From: Mucisphaera calidilacus
GTDB lineage: Bacteria; Planctomycetota; Phycisphaerae; Phycisphaerales; Phycisphaeraceae
DNA: 32,000 bases
Direction: 5' to 3'
Assembly: GCF_007748075.1 (NCBI RefSeq)
Contig: NZ_CP036280.1
Location: 1,890,001-1,922,000 of the forward strand
Shown: in pieces, positions 16,882 to 23,200 of the stretch
Position numbering within the stretch: position 1 is the first letter of the stretch
Layout of the letters: the number at the start of each line of letters is the position of its first letter
The notes under the pieces: generated by a model
The model's input: only the letters and a program-made list of their open reading frames with translations
What the model was told of the DNA's origin: nothing
Database searches by the model: none
Program-made: the position numbers and the translations under genes

Positions 16882-19164
16882 TTAGAGATAGCCCTCCAGA
16901 CGCAGGGCACGGACGACCTCGTTGAAGATCGGGCCGGACACCTGGGAGCCGGACCCCGCGTACTCGACTACGACCGCGATGGCGACGACCGGCGGCCCGC
17001 CCTCGGAACCGGCCAGGCCGACGAACCAGGCGTGGTCCTGATCGTTCGCGAGCGTGTAGGTCTCGCCGGGGTCGCGTTTGCCGTCGAAGTTGTGGTCGAC
17101 CCATCGGACTGAACCGGGGTCGGCGGTGCCGGACTTGCCCCAGAGCGAGACGCCCTCGACGTTGTGGATCTTGATCCGCTGACCATCGACGTTGATGAAG
17201 CGTCCGGTGCCGTCCTTGTCCTCGACGACGAGTTTGAGTCCCGTCATAGCTTCCTCGATGGCGGAGCGTGGGACATCGACGTCTTCGCCGCGTGCGTCCT
17301 CGGGTGACGGGTCACGCAGGATGGTGGGGTGATAGGCCACGCCGCCACGGGCGAGTGTGGCGTAGGCGGCCGCGGCCTGAATGGGTGTCCACGTGACCGG
17401 ACCCTGACCGATGCCCATGAGGATGGCGTCGGTCTTGCCCATATTGGGGATCATCGCGTCCGAGGGCAGGTCGCCGGGATGCTCGTCGGTCAGCCCGCAG
17501 CTGGTGGCGGATCCGAGCCCGAAGCGGCGCAGGCCGCGGACGAGTCGTTCCATGCCGAGGTCGTCGCCGAGGGTGTAGAAGTAGATATTGCACGAGTGCT
17601 GGAGGGCCTGTGCGCCGTCGAGCGGGCCGTGCCGCATGAGGTAGCGCTTGTAGATCCAGCAGCGGAAGCGGTCATCGTGCTGGGGGTAGAGGTGGCCGTT
17701 GCAGGTGATGGTGTCTTCGGGGCCGATGACGTTTTCGTCCATGGCGGTGACGAGCACGAAGGGCTTGAGCGTCGATCCGCTGGGATAGGCACGGCTCACC
17801 ACGCGGTTGAGATAGGGCAGGTACTCGGCGTCACGGAAGACGCTTTCCGGTTCCTCGCGTCGGGAACGGATCGACATGCCTGGCGTCGTGACCGCGGCGA
17901 GGATCTCGGATGACTCGATGTCGAGCACCACGATCGCGCCGGAGAGGATCTTGGGTTCGGGCGTTTCGGTCGCCGAGCGATGCCAGGGCTGACGCACGAG
18001 CAGCCCGACGTCGGGATGGGTGAGTGCCTGCACGCGTGCCTGGAGGTCGATGTCGAGGGTGAGTTTGACGTCGTTGCCGGGGACGGGCGAGAGGCGGTCT
18101 TCCACGCCGGTGTCGAGGTGGGTGACGGTCCGGCCGCGTGCGCCGCGGAGCCAGAACTCCTGGGTGCGTTCGATGCCAAAGGAGCCGGCGCGGTCGCCGG
18201 GGAGATAGCCGCGCAGGTCGGTTGCGGTGGAGCCGTCCGGGAGCGTTACGAGGAAGGGTCGCGCGTCTTCGTCTTCCTCGTAGGTCCTTCTAAGCTGTCC
18301 GAGGATGTGCAGCCCGACGCCCTCGGCGTCGATGAGCAGCGGCTGATCCGAACGCAGCGGGCCGGGCATGCCCTGGCGGTCGACCTCCACGGTGAACGTC
18401 TCAAGCGGGTAGCGTCGCTGACGCGGACGCTCCATGCGGACCTGCTTCCAGACGCCGAGGCCGGGGTCGACCTCTGCCTCGGCGATGAAGGCCTCGACCT
18501 GCACGCGGGTGCGTTCGGAGACGTCGCGGACGACGGAGTAGTGCTGGCGTTGTTCGGCGATGGCGTCGGCGACTTCGGCGATGGAGACCGCTTCGCCATC
18601 GCGTTCGGCCCGGCGTTCCTGCCTTACGGCCCAGACGTGGGCGGCGAGTTTCTGGACGCGTCGGCGGATGTCGTTTTTCTCTGCCTCGATGTCGGCGCGT
18701 GTGAGGTCGCCGGGTCGCCACTGGCCGAGGTCGGCGAGGGTCTGCCAGAGCATCTCGACCTGTTCGAGGTAGGGCTGGGCGTGTTCGAGTGTTCGGGCCT
18801 CGCGTTGGTCGGAGGAGGCTTCGGCCCACCAGTCGCGGTCGCGTCGGGCCTCGACGCGTCCGCGTGCGAAAGCCCACTCGCCTGTGATGACGCGGTAGTC
18901 GACCATGACGTCCCAGCCGGGCTCGTCGTGGGCGAGGACGCGGCCGTAGCGATCGAGGATGCGTCCGCGTCGGGTTTCGACGAGTTTGGGGGTTCGCATG
19001 GCCTGTTCGGCGCGGTCGAGTCGGTCTTCGTGGAGGTGTCCGAGGGAGAGGCGGGCGGCCTGGGCCATGAGGGCGAGTGAGACGAGGAAGGCGGCGGAGA
19101 ACAGCAGCCACAGTCGCCTGTGGAACATGCTGGGTATCGCGCTGCGCAGTGCTCTGCGGATCAA
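16882..19164 (-). CDS. mrdA: Penicillin-binding protein 2 (elongasome transpeptidase)
   Basis: TTG start at 19164 with GGAGG 9 nt upstream (alternative ATG at 19128). It has an N-terminal TM helix and the motifs SGSTLKPF (SxxK), HSCNIYF (SxN) and GKSGTA (KSG). It is paired with rodA. Confidence 0.88.
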   Translation of the reverse strand: MIRRALRSAIPSMFHRRLWLLFSAAFLVSLALMAQAARLSLGHLHEDRLDRAEQAMRTPKLVETRRGRILDRYGRVLAHDEPGWDVMVDYRVITGEWAFARGRVEARRDRDWWAEASSDQREARTLEHAQPYLEQVEMLWQTLADLGQWRPGDLTRADIEAEKNDIRRRVQKLAAHVWAVRQERRAERDGEAVSIAEVADAIAEQRQHYSVVRDVSERTRVQVEAFIAEAEVDPGLGVWKQVRMERPRQRRYPLETFTVEVDRQGMPGPLRSDQPLLIDAEGVGLHILGQLRRTYEEDEDARPFLVTLPDGSTATDLRGYLPGDRAGSFGIERTQEFWLRGARGRTVTHLDTGVEDRLSPVPGNDVKLTLDIDLQARVQALTHPDVGLLVRQPWHRSATETPEPKILSGAIVVLDIESSEILAAVTTPGMSIRSRREEPESVFRDAEYLPYLNRVVSRAYPSGSTLKPFVLVTAMDENVIGPEDTITCNGHLYPQHDDRFRCWIYKRYLMRHGPLDGAQALQHSCNIYFYTLGDDLGMERLVRGLRRFGLGSATSCGLTDEHPGDLPSDAMIPNMGKTDAILMGIGQGPVTWTPIQAAAAYATLARGGVAYHPTILRDPSPEDARGEDVDVPRSAIEEAMTGLKLVVEDKDGTGRFINVDGQRIKIHNVEGVSLWGKSGTADPGSVRWVDHNFDGKRDPGETYTLANDQDHAWFVGLAGSEGGPPVVAIAVVVEYAGSGSQVSGPIFNEVVRALRLEGYL

Positions 19165-19287
19165 GGTTCGTCGCCTCCGATTACCCCAACATTATCGGGT
19201 AAACGCGAGCACGTGCGACAAAGTCGCAGCGGCGTCGGCGCGGGTTCCCGGCGGCTGATGTGCGTGGCGGTCGGCGTTGATAAGGCC

Positions 19288-19548
19288 TTATTTTTCAGTC
19301 GCTTCGGGCGTCAGTACGGTGAGGGTGTTGTCCTGAACCTGGGCGAATCCGCCTCGGATATCGAAGGATCTGGAGCCGCCCTGCTGGAGGTCGACGCGGA
19401 GGGTGTCGGGGCCGAGTTGTGCCATGAGGGGGGCGTGCCTGGCCATGATGCCGGCGAGCCCGTCGTGGAGGGGGATGCGGGCGTAGGTGACGTCGTCGTC
19501 GAAGACCTGCTTCTCGGGCGTGATAATGGTGCAGTGGAGGGTGGGCAT
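19288..19548 (-). CDS. atpC: F-type ATP synthase epsilon-like protein, beta-sandwich domain only (86 aa)
   Basis: ATG at 19548 with AGGAG 10 nt upstream. MPTLHCTIITPEKQVFDDDV...DGLAGIMARHAPLMAQLGPDTLRV...GGFAQVQDNTLTVL aligns with the N-terminal domain of epsilon subunits. The C-terminal helical hairpin is absent. No other atp genes are nearby. Confidence 0.65.
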   Translation of the reverse strand: MPTLHCTIITPEKQVFDDDVTYARIPLHDGLAGIMARHAPLMAQLGPDTLRVDLQQGGSRSFDIRGGFAQVQDNTLTVLTPEATEK

Positions 19549-19573
19549 GTGGTGACAGCTCCTAAGTGCGGAC

Positions 19574-19602
19574 AGTTTATGCGGCGGGGCAGACGGGGGC
19601 AA
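19574..19602 (-). promoter_or_regulatory. Candidate sigma70-type promoter for the epsilon-like/mrdA/rodA/rsmG string
   Basis: On the minus strand, TTGCCC (19602-19597), a 17-bp spacer and TAAACT (19579-19574), about 25 nt upstream of the ATG. Confidence 0.3.
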
Positions 19603-19650
19603 CGGGGGTGGTGATCCGCGCACAACCTGACCACTTTGCAGGAATTTACA

Positions 19651-19743
19651 CTTTTTCGGGTTCGTTTCGGGTCGTTTTCGAGCGTTTTGGGTTCGTTTTC
19701 GTTCGTTTTGGAGCGTTTTGGTCCAAAACGGGCCTGTTTTTGG
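19651..19743. repeat. Helically phased T-tract / CGTTTTSG repeat array with a terminal palindrome
   Basis: T3-5 runs start at 19652, 19665, 19675, 19685, 19696, 19706, 19716 and 19737, a 10-13 bp spacing. The motif (T/G)CGTTT(T)(C/G)G recurs six times. CGTTTTGG-T-CCAAAACG is a perfect 8-bp inverted repeat at 19714-19730. Confidence 0.75.
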
Positions 19744-19902
19744 TCACGGCGTGCGCACGATAACCGGCCTTGTGCGCGCGACGCCTGAAATCGGGGGGTG
19801 GGGGTGAAAGAAAGTATCGGTTTGTGTGGGGGTGGTGTCGTGATGACATCACGCGTCGTCATGACTGATTGCCGGGCCGGGTCCGCGGGGGATGTGAGGT
19901 GT

Positions 19903-21003
19903 TCAGTTCGGTCTTGGGCGGGTGATGGCGAGGGCGAGGATGAGTGAGAGGGTTGCCGGTTCGGGCACGGCGTCGGTGAAGTAGACGTTGTCGATCCAGA
20001 TGGTTGAGTCGGTTTCGCCGTCGTAGGTGAAGCTGACGGTGACGTGGTCGAGGCCGAGCCAGCTGGGGTCGTCGATGCGGGCGAAGGCTTGTCTCATGCC
20101 CGGTTCGGGCAGGGTGTCGGGCGCGGCGAGTTCGGCGAGGTTCAGGGTGTGGCCGTCGCGGTCGGTGAGGGTGACTTGGAGTTCGCCGGTGGTTGTCTGG
20201 TGTTCGTAGTCGAAGATGAGGTAGAAGGGTTCGTAGGGCGTGTCGAGGATCTGGGAGACCGTGACGGGTGAGCCGGTGGTCATGCTGAGGAGGTTGTCGT
20301 CGTCGAGGTAGGGGTTGGTGACGGTGACCGCCGTGCCGTTGCCGGCGTCGACGGACCAGCTGCCGAGTCCTTCGCGGAAGCCGGGGTCGGTGATCTGGAG
20401 GGCGCCCCATGTTGAGAAGACGATGAAGGGTTCGAAGCCTTTTGTGCCGTTCCAGGTGACGCTGTTGCGGCTGACGAAGCTGGCGCTGTTGGCGGTGATG
20501 TTGGTGGCGTTGCGGAGGCAGAGCGAGAGGTATCCGTCGTAGTCCCAGCCGTAGAGTCCGTCGCCGATGTCGAACTGGTACCAGACGCCTGCGAATCCGG
20601 GGCCCTGCCAGCGGTTGGTGATGACGCGATTGGTGAGGTATCGGCAGCGCATGTCGTAGGGGTAGGTCATGGATGCTTCGGTGAAGGTGTCGTCTGAGTA
20701 GTGATAGGCGTTGACCTGTGCGTTACTCTTGCTGGTGCCGCCGTAGAGGTAGAGTTTCGCGTCGCGCATGGCGAGGGTGGTGTAGCTGCTGACGTCGAAT
20801 TTCAGGAGGATGCGTCGTCCGGTGTAGTATTGCGACTGCCCTTCGCCCCACTCGGTGAGGAGGGTTGAGCCGGTCGTGCTGTTGCCGATGCCGGAGTAGG
20901 TGATCATGCCGTCTGCGACGGGCGACAGGGTTCGGTCGACGGCCTGCGCGGGGCAGGCGAAGAGTGCGAATACCAGAGCTATGCCCAGGAGTAGCTTGAA
21001 CAT
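19903..21003 (-). CDS. Secreted PEP-CTERM-anchored protein
   Basis: ATG at 21003 with GGAGGGAAGGGAG upstream. Signal peptide MFKLLLGIALVFALFACPAQA. The C-terminus VPEPATLSLILALAITRPRPN has the PEP motif, a hydrophobic stretch and a basic tail. The N-terminal half (RRILLKFDVSS...AKLYLYG) resembles DNRLRE-type carbohydrate-binding domains. Confidence 0.7.
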   Translation of the reverse strand: MFKLLLGIALVFALFACPAQAVDRTLSPVADGMITYSGIGNSTTGSTLLTEWGEGQSQYYTGRRILLKFDVSSYTTLAMRDAKLYLYGGTSKSNAQVNAYHYSDDTFTEASMTYPYDMRCRYLTNRVITNRWQGPGFAGVWYQFDIGDGLYGWDYDGYLSLCLRNATNITANSASFVSRNSVTWNGTKGFEPFIVFSTWGALQITDPGFREGLGSWSVDAGNGTAVTVTNPYLDDDNLLSMTTGSPVTVSQILDTPYEPFYLIFDYEHQTTTGELQVTLTDRDGHTLNLAELAAPDTLPEPGMRQAFARIDDPSWLGLDHVTVSFTYDGETDSTIWIDNVYFTDAVPEPATLSLILALAITRPRPN

Positions 21004-21230
21004 GCGGGTCTCCCTTCCCTCCGGGCCCGTGGGCGTCGATGCCGACATGACGATTCCTCAGCCCAGACCGCGGGTGCGCTATCTTCTGACATTTTACTCT
21101 TTTGCGGGCGCGATCTAATTGGGGTTTACCCCGTAGATGTGATGGGTCGTGCTGATGTGAAGACGTTCGGGGGTTGGGCTGGGGTACACACGGCAGACGA
21201 TTCTCTTTCGAGAATCTGACTGCATTGTGC

Positions 21231-21289
21231 CACCCGAGGTCCTTCGTCAAGGGATTGAACGTATCTGAGCGGGTGTGCGGTGTGACTGG
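21231..21289. repeat. Imperfect direct repeat, copy 1 (flanks the low-GC islet)
   Basis: CACCCGAGGTCCTTCG ... GGGATTGAACGTATCTGAGCGGGTGTGCGGTGTGACTGG. It matches 23119-23199 at 33 of 39 positions in the core block. The upstream block also matches. Copy 2 carries about 23 extra nt between the two blocks. Confidence 0.7.
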
Positions 21290-21797
21290 GAGGCTCTTGC
21301 GCGGGGCCTCTTTGTGAGTTCCCGCGGCAACTTGGGCTGCACGCGTCCTGCAGATGAGGCGACGGTAGAGTCAAACATGCATCTTAAGAGCAATCGACCG
21401 TCTGAAGTGAGATTGCCGGCAGCGTCATGCGTGAGAGTGTAGACCACCTCACCATCATTGTTGGTCGTATAGTCTTCCATAAACTCGACTTCATCGACTT
21501 CAATAACACCGTCGCCGTCACGATCAGTCCTGATCGTGACATCATCGATGTAGACCGTGCCACCTTCTCAGCAAAGCCGATCATGCCGCCCCGCAGTGTC
21601 GCGTCGGTTGTCGTATAGCAAGAGGAGGCGGCATTAAGCCCCGATTCACTCAAGGCCATGTAGACACTCACGGTGCTGCCGTCGCTAAGTCCTGTCTGAC
21701 AGATCAAGACAGGCGTTCTGGAAGGTGCTTTAACTCCTGATTCTTGTGCAGTATGGATCGAGACAAGGAGCGAGCAACCCGAGCAACAGTCACCCAT
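21247..21797 (-). pseudogene. Decayed fragment of a YD/RHS-repeat-like secreted protein
   Basis: Two overlapping reading frames are needed. Frame 1 reads ...TTTDATLRGGMIGFAEK. The frame then shifts near 21566 (a TGA blocks the next frame upstream). The second frame reads GGTVYIDDVTIRTDRDGDGVIEVDE...YTTNNDGEVVYTLTHDAAGNLTSDGR, which has a YD-repeat-like unit. After that it runs into non-homologous sequence. Confidence 0.35.
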
Positions 21798-21851
21798 TTA
21801 GCCTCGCCTGACAGAACCTCCGGGACTCTGCTGCCAGCAATATCCTGTTTT

Positions 21852-22352
21852 TTAATTTACTTCTTGAATGCGGGGCGCTAATACGGAATTCCATATATTA
21901 CTTCTTGAAATCTTTTTCCACCCACTGTTCATGAGCAACGATGTGAATTCTCTCCATACCAAATCGGTCAAGCTATGGCTGGCTACGGAGTAGTCTTCAT
22001 TTAAAAAGTAGATAGTTCTATCTGATACTGGTATGCCCAACTTCTGACCATTGATTATCATTGCGCCCTTGCGGCTAGGTATAAGCCCCGCAGTCACTCC
22101 TACAGAGCCAAGCCAGATCACGGCAGACTGACGGCTCTGCCCCGACGTTCCTCCGTTACCTGTTAGGCCATCGGACTCAAGAACCACGTAGTAAAAATTA
22201 CGATCTTCCTCAATCCCCATCGACCCCAATGTGATACGCTGCCATGGCGAATTCTTCGTGTGTGCCGATGAGTTATTGCCGCATGACGCAGCCAGTATTG
22301 ATGTCATCGTGATCAGGGTCACACAGACGAAACGGCAGGTAAGCGTATGCAC
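21852..22352 (-). CDS. Secreted/lipoprotein-like protein of unknown function (166 aa), low-GC
   Basis: GTG start with a strong AAGGAGG 8 nt upstream. The signal peptide MHTLTCRFVCVTLITMTSILAASC has a Cys after an Ala/Ser-rich cleavage region (imperfect lipobox). I recognise no family. Confidence 0.6.
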   Translation of the reverse strand: MHTLTCRFVCVTLITMTSILAASCGNNSSAHTKNSPWQRITLGSMGIEEDRNFYYVVLESDGLTGNGGTSGQSRQSAVIWLGSVGVTAGLIPSRKGAMIINGQKLGIPVSDRTIYFLNEDYSVASHSLTDLVWREFTSLLMNSGWKKISRSNIWNSVLAPRIQEVN

Positions 22353-22489
22353 CTCAAACGCCTCCTTCTAACGAGCATTGAAAGATGTGGCGAAAGCTAA
22401 CAATGCCTTCTACTCGCAAAGCCATGGCAGCCCTCTCCCATAGAGAGGTCTGCCGGCATGTATGACAATTTCGGTTAAATGCATAGGTG

Positions 22490-22874
22490 CTATTTGCAAT
22501 GGCACTCACCTTCAGTATCAAATGGAATAGAGAATATCTTAAACCGATAATCATCCCCCTCGTATGCTGATATTCTTGGCTTATGATTGTAGAATTTTTT
22601 TGTAAAATTATGCCATTGGACGGCCCAGATTTGTGAGCGTGCGTTATCATCTGACATTTTCCATATGAAGCAGCCACAAGCCGCTCCGGTGTTTTTTTTC
22701 GTACACAAGATATCCCCCCCCCCCGGGTTGTCGTTCAATCCATTTTCTTTGGATTGGCTTACAAATAACTCTTTCCTGGGATGCCGCTTGCTTCGCCGTG
22801 CTGTCCACCTGCTTGCAGCCCAATAAGAGCAATATTGTCAAGACCGTACACATTTGAATTCTGATGCTGGGCAT
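22490..22874 (-). pseudogene. Lipoprotein gene split by a frameshift at a G11 (and A8) homopolymer; OFF-phase or pseudogene
   Basis: ATG at 22874 gives MPSIRIQMCTVLTILLLLGC (lipobox LLGC). That frame stops at 22647, 24 codons after the G11 tract. Removing one G (or one A from the adjacent A8) joins it to the 22490-22738 frame (DILCTKKNTGAACGCFIWK...GECHCK). Confidence 0.55.
22714..22724. repeat. C11 homopolymer (G11 on the coding strand), with T8/A8 at 22692-22699
   Basis: Read directly: tatCCCCCCCCCCCgggttg, and gtTTTTTTTTcg 15 nt away. Confidence 0.95.
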
Positions 22875-23118
22875 GATGGCTCTTTTCTTGTTGAACGGAC
22901 AGGCTGGCCGTGCAGTATCGATTGCGACCCGTGCCTGATCCTCCATCATCCATACCTCAGAACTAAGTCTAAGAAATGGATCAGATTGAGGGGGGAAGGT
23001 CAGATCTCCAGGGGTTCAAGATCTGTCCATAGCGTGGTGGAGAACGGCTCATGAGGGAAGGATCACGGGGCAGAACCTGACCTGTGGTCAGGACCTTGAC
23101 CCGTGGCACCCGAACAGG

Positions 23119-23199
23119 CACCCGGGGTCCTTCGGCTCGGTCTTGGTCTCGCTCTGGATCGGGATTGAAGGCGCCTGAGCGGGTGTGAGGTGTGATTGG
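23119..23199. repeat. Imperfect direct repeat, copy 2 (flanks the low-GC islet)
   Basis: CACCCGGGGTCCTTCG, about 23 nt, then GGGATTGAAGGCGCCTGAGCGGGTGTGAGGTGTGATTGG. It ends 1 nt before the stop codon (23201-23203) of the glycoside hydrolase gene. Confidence 0.7.
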
Positions 23200-23200
23200 T

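Noticed and set aside
14930-17104. 724-aa ORF on the minus strand spanning rsmG and all of rodA
   Set aside because: Only the last 243 codons (from GTG 15661) look like a real protein (RsmG). The upstream ~480 codons are Arg/Pro/His-rich low-complexity sequence. They lie in an alternate frame of the well-supported rodA gene, so they are a shadow ORF produced by compositional bias.
19646-19852. 68-aa Lys/Arg-rich minus-strand ORF (and the 65-aa plus-strand ORF 19566-19763) across the T-tract repeat array
   Set aside because: The apparent periodic peptide (KRTKTNPKRSKTTRNEPEK / FRVVFERFGFVFVRFG) merely translates the 10-11-bp DNA repeat. There is no RBS, and the region is better explained as regulatory or curved DNA.
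21091-21118. Possible promoter for the PEP-CTERM gene (minus strand TTAGAT-16-TAAAAT)
   Set aside because: It is plausible by spacing, but the -35 is weak and sigma-factor preferences in this lineage are unknown. It is not reported as a feature.
21199-21216. Hairpin GATTCTC-TTTC-GAGAATC upstream of the PEP-CTERM gene as a terminator
   Set aside because: It is a 7-bp stem without a U-tract on either strand. It could be a minor structural element, but it is not convincing as a terminator.
22354-22677. 107-aa ORF in the third frame through the same homopolymer region of the islet
   Set aside because: It overlaps the two frames that together reconstruct a lipoprotein. It has no signal or motif and a GTG start without an SD.
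23008-23032. tRNA-like T-loop (GGGGTTCAAGATC) and AGATCT...AGATCT inverted repeat near the islet boundary; possible tRNA remnant as integration site
   Set aside because: The flanking bases do not form a T-stem (AGGGG versus TCTGT). No acceptor, D or anticodon arms can be drawn, so there is no tRNA gene.
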